DNA from: Cirrosporium novae-zelandiae
Lineage: Eukaryota
Assembly: GCA_026023565.1 (NCBI GenBank)
Contig: JAPETS010000023.1
Coordinates: 372,001 to 436,000, forward strand
Reading direction: 5' to 3'
DNA length: 64,000 nt
The translations under genes were made by a program, and so were the position numbers. A model generated the notes under the pieces. That model did not search any database and was not told the DNA's origin. It saw only the letters and a program-made list of their open reading frames with translations. Below are positions 60,044 to 64,000 of this stretch, piece by piece (position 1 is the stretch's first letter; every line of letters starts with the position of its first letter).

Positions 60044-60107
60044 TATTTAAAATAAAAATATTTTATTTAAAAAAATATTTAAAATAAAAATATTTTATTT
60101 AAAAAAA
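60044..60107. repeat. 32-bp tandem duplication
   Basis: tatttaaaataaaaatattttatttaaaaaaa occurs twice; single copy at ~42321 in repeat copy 1. Confidence 0.8.
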
Positions 60108-60702
60108 TATTTAAAAAAATCTGATTAAATTTTTATACGACGTTTTATTTTATTTTCAGAATTATAGACTAAATATTAAATTTAAACGAAAAAATTATTT
60201 TTATAATTCCGCGTAATAGATAATATCTATAAAAAAACGTTGAAAACGTAAAAATTACGAAAAATAACCGGAAATTTTTTTTAACGATATCCGTTATCGT
60301 TTAAATATAATTATATAAATAATAAAATAAATTATTATTATCAATCAATATTTACGATAGATTTCAAAAATCTTTCGTATCGAAAATCAAAATATTTTAA
60401 AAAATAAAAATTTCAGTTATTAATATAGTTTTTATTATATTATATTTAACGTTCGCGCTAAAAATAAAATCAAAACTACGATTCTAAAAATCTAGAATAA
60501 TAATATTTTTATAAATATTTAATTTTATTTTATTCTAATAAATTCTATTCAATTTCTAAAATCTATAATTTTATAAATAGAAATCAAATCGCTGTCGTAT
60601 TTATTAATATATAGCGAATAATTATTTCAAAATCTTTTATATATAAATGATATATATATAAAATAAAAGAAAATAAAAAAATAGAAACGAAATTATATTA
60701 TT

Positions 60703-61742
60703 GATAATAATGATTATTTATTGTTTTATATCTATATATCGCTTAGAAGCTATGACGGACTTTATTCGGGGGTTTTTAGGTCTTTTTGTATCCTCTTTCG
60801 GGTTTATTTGTAATTAAAATAATGGGGATTATTTTTTTGATTCGGCTATATAATTTCCCCCTTTTTTTAGATTTCCTAGAATCATCTAATTTATTTAACC
60901 GGATAGTTTTTTAACGTTATTTCGGTGTTCGTAACCTATAAATAGATCTATTCGTATTTATTTTCGATTTTTTCAGTTTTTGTTTACGTATACGTTTATC
61001 CCGCGTTTTTATTACGGGCCCAGTTTTTATTTAATACCTGCCTCTGGGTCGTTTTCCCTCCCGTATCCGGGTTTTATCCACCCCTAATCCAGATACGTCT
61101 CACGATTTTTTATTTCGTATCTGGCCCAGTACTAGGGTTTTCTTATCTCCGTATCGTTTAAAAAACCTATCTAATTTTTAGAAAATTTTCGGTTTTCTAA
61201 TACGAATACTAGTTTTTTTTTTTCGGCTATATTAGGCTATTAATTCTTCCGTTTTTCTATTATCTCCCGCAAACGGGCCCTAGCCGCCCTCTAGCGCGGG
61301 TATATTAATATCAAATAGGGTATATTTTGATATAGGGCCCCGTATTACTAGTATTCCGGGGTAATAATAGTTTTCGTGCGGTGTATATATTCCCCGGTGG
61401 CGGCGTGCCCCGTTTTTATTTGATAGAATCTATTTATCAGTTTTTTAGGCGTATATTCTAGCACCCGATCTTTTTTATATTTTAGATGTATTCGATAAGG
61501 CCTATCGGGCGATTTTTTTGCCCCCCAACTGCGCAGCTGGTTATACGTTTTTATAACCCGTTCTTCCGTTATATTACGGGCTATATAGGCCAGCGAGGTC
61601 TATTCGGCTATCCTGCTATTCCCTAGCGCTGCACCTGCTTTGGCCGCTTGGTCTGCTGCTTCGTTCCCTGGTACCCCATGGTGCCCTGGGACCCACCTAA
61701 TAGCGACTTTCGCCCCTTGATCTACTAGGTGTCTAGTATGCT
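60703..61742 (-). mobile_element. Tad1-like LINE copy G, 5'-truncated (~1.04 kb), lightly RIPed
   Basis: 14-bp TSD gaaattatattatt at 60689-60702 and 61743-61756; empty site at ~42935. Reads HTRHLVDQGAKVAIRWVPGHHGVPGNEAADQAAK (RNase H) and RFYQIKTGHAATGEYIH. Confidence 0.96.
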
Positions 61743-64000
61743 GAAATTATATTATTTTAATTAATCTAATTAATATATTTCGTTTTATATAATTTTTTTT
61801 AATAAATTCGTTATAATATTTTTAATTATCGTTATATAAAATAATATTATAAAAATAATATAATTTAATAAATTTTTTATATTCCGTCGTCCCTAATTTA
61901 ATTATATATAAAAAAATTTTTTATTATATAAATAATTAAAATATAAAAACGTATATATTTTATATTAAAATCTTTTATCACTATTTATAAAAATTCAAAA
62001 TTGCAGAATTTTTCCGTTATATTTATATAAAAAACTGTACTATTATACGAATATAATAAAAAAATAATATTAATATTCTCGTTATAATCTAGATTATAAT
62101 CCGTAATATTTTATTAATTGTTCTAATTAATATTAATATAATTTACGAGTTGCGTATATTATAAAAATATTATAAATATCGTCGTTTTAGCTCTCGTAAT
62201 TTTAAATAAAAAAATAAGAATCGATTAAAAATTAAATATATTAATTTCCGATATAATAATAATTGAGAATATCTGAATAAATTAAAATATAAAGAATATA
62301 TTAATTATTAAAAATAAAAAAATTATAATTATCAATTTAAATAAAAACGAATTTTCCGTTATAAAAATAAGAATTAAAAAATTAATTCCGTTAAATATAT
62401 TATATACTGTTATAAATATATTATCGCAGAAATAAAAAATTATAAATCCAGAATTAAATACGTTAATAATATTATTAATTTATTAAAAATTTTTAATTTA
62501 AATATTATTATAATTGATAATATAATTAAATTATAATCTAGAAAAAAAATTTCGAAAAACAAATTTCGTTTTATTTAATTTTCCAACGTATTAAATTTTA
62601 TCGTTACCGAAAAATCCGAAAATAACTTAATATAATTTAACCAAATATTCACCGATCTAAATTTAATTAAAAATAAATAAATCTCGGTATAACGATAAAT
62701 TAATAGAATATTATTAAATAAAATAATATAATAATTAATTAAAAAACCTAAAACTATTATAAAATATAAAAAAAAAATATTAAATATATATTAATTAATT
62801 TCTTAACGTCAAAATAAAATGAATTATAGAAAATATAGAAAATCGAATAAAAATTATTATTAATAAATAATAAATAAATATATAGATTTTAATTCAAAAT
62901 AATTTATAAAATAATTTTTATAATAGATCCGATTATATTATTATTTTTTTAATATATATATTTTGCTAATATTAATAGCTTTCGAATTTATATAATTATT
63001 TTGATATTAAAGCCTTTTTTATATAAATATTCTGCTAGAAATAACTATTTATTTAATATTATTTATATTTTTTATTTTCGAATAAAACACGCAATTTCTT
63101 TTCAAAAATTATACGATACGTTACCTGAAATATTCTAATAAATTTTTCCAAATATTAAAAACTAAATTCTAGATTATCGGAATTATTTTCGGTTCAAACG
63201 TTACGAAATTTACTGTAAAAAAATTTATAATAGCTAATAATATTTATATAAATAATAAATTTTAATAATTCTATAAACGCTACGATAAGAAAAACGTAAA
63301 ATAATTAAGGTTTTTTATTAAATTTTTTTTTATTATTATTTATTATATTTATATTGTTTTTTATTATATAAATAATTTTATTTTTATTAATAAAAATATA
63401 CTATTTTAGAATATAATATATCCCTGAATCGCAGAATAAAAATAAATAATATTAAATTATTCAGCCAACCAAAAATATCTCTAATTTTCGAATATAAAAA
63501 AATTGAAAAATCGGTTTTAATATAATTTCAATTTTAGATCGTATTTATTTTAGAGTTTTAAAATAACATTTTACTATTATAATTAAATTTGGACGTATAT
63601 TTATTTTTCCGTTATTTACGTACAATATTTAAAATATTTATATTTATAATTTTAATAATTATTCTAACGTTTATATTTTTAAATTATATTAGCGGAAAAA
63701 ATATTATCAACGGTATTTATAATTTAAATTAATTAAATTAAACGAATATAAATTATAAATATATAATCCGTTATTAAAATTATTTTATATTAATTTTAAT
63801 TATAATAATTTACGTATATTATATAATATATCGTGAATTACGTGTTTATATTCGTATACGATAAATATATTTTATTTTATTCGTTTAATATTATTAAATT
63901 TTTGCAGTTATTATATTAATAATTAAAATATTAAAAAAATTATTTATAATTAAAATTTTAAATAATTTATATAATAAATTTCCGGAATTTATTAAAAAAA

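Larger units (their letters stand above)
49265..63396 (+). repeat. Segmental repeat copy 2, split by LINE copies F and G and two smaller indels
   Basis: 49265-53189, 59382-60702 and 61743-63396 align in order with 37864-44288. Confidence 0.93.

Noticed and set aside
1..64000. Organellar, Plasmodium-like or alternative-genetic-code (TAA/TAG=Gln) genome
   Set aside because: Paralogous copies differ by directional C>T/G>A changes, and TAA/TAG replace both Gln and Trp codons in conserved motifs, which indicates RIP rather than recoding. No rRNA, tRNA or organellar genes were seen.

Overview
Extremely AT-rich fungal (ascomycete-type) heterochromatic DNA that has been heavily mutated by repeat-induced point mutation (RIP): CpA/TpG are almost gone, TpA is abundant and CpG is relatively spared. 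No intact gene is visible. About half the window consists of seven copies or fragments of one ~6.3-kb Tad1/I-group LINE (gag-like ORF1 with Cys-His knuckles; ORF2 with APE, RT, RNase H and CCHC; (CAT)n tail; 13-15 bp TSDs). Two copies are nested antisense inside other copies of the same family. Mentally reversing RIP on the non-LINE block at ~4-24.8 kb reveals a fossil gene cluster: a ferric reductase-like gene, a MADS/SRF-like gene, a kinase-like gene, a RING+patatin phospholipase gene and several unknown ORF relics. This content suggests the RIP-killed cargo core of a Starship-type giant transposon, but no captain (DUF3435) was recognised in the window. A ~6.4-kb block occurs twice (37.9-44.3 kb and 49.3-63.4 kb), with a 5'-truncated LINE and a truncated Fot1/pogo DNA transposon between the copies. 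Protein assignments come from manual translation with RIP-reverted residues, not database searches, and pseudogene boundaries are approximate.
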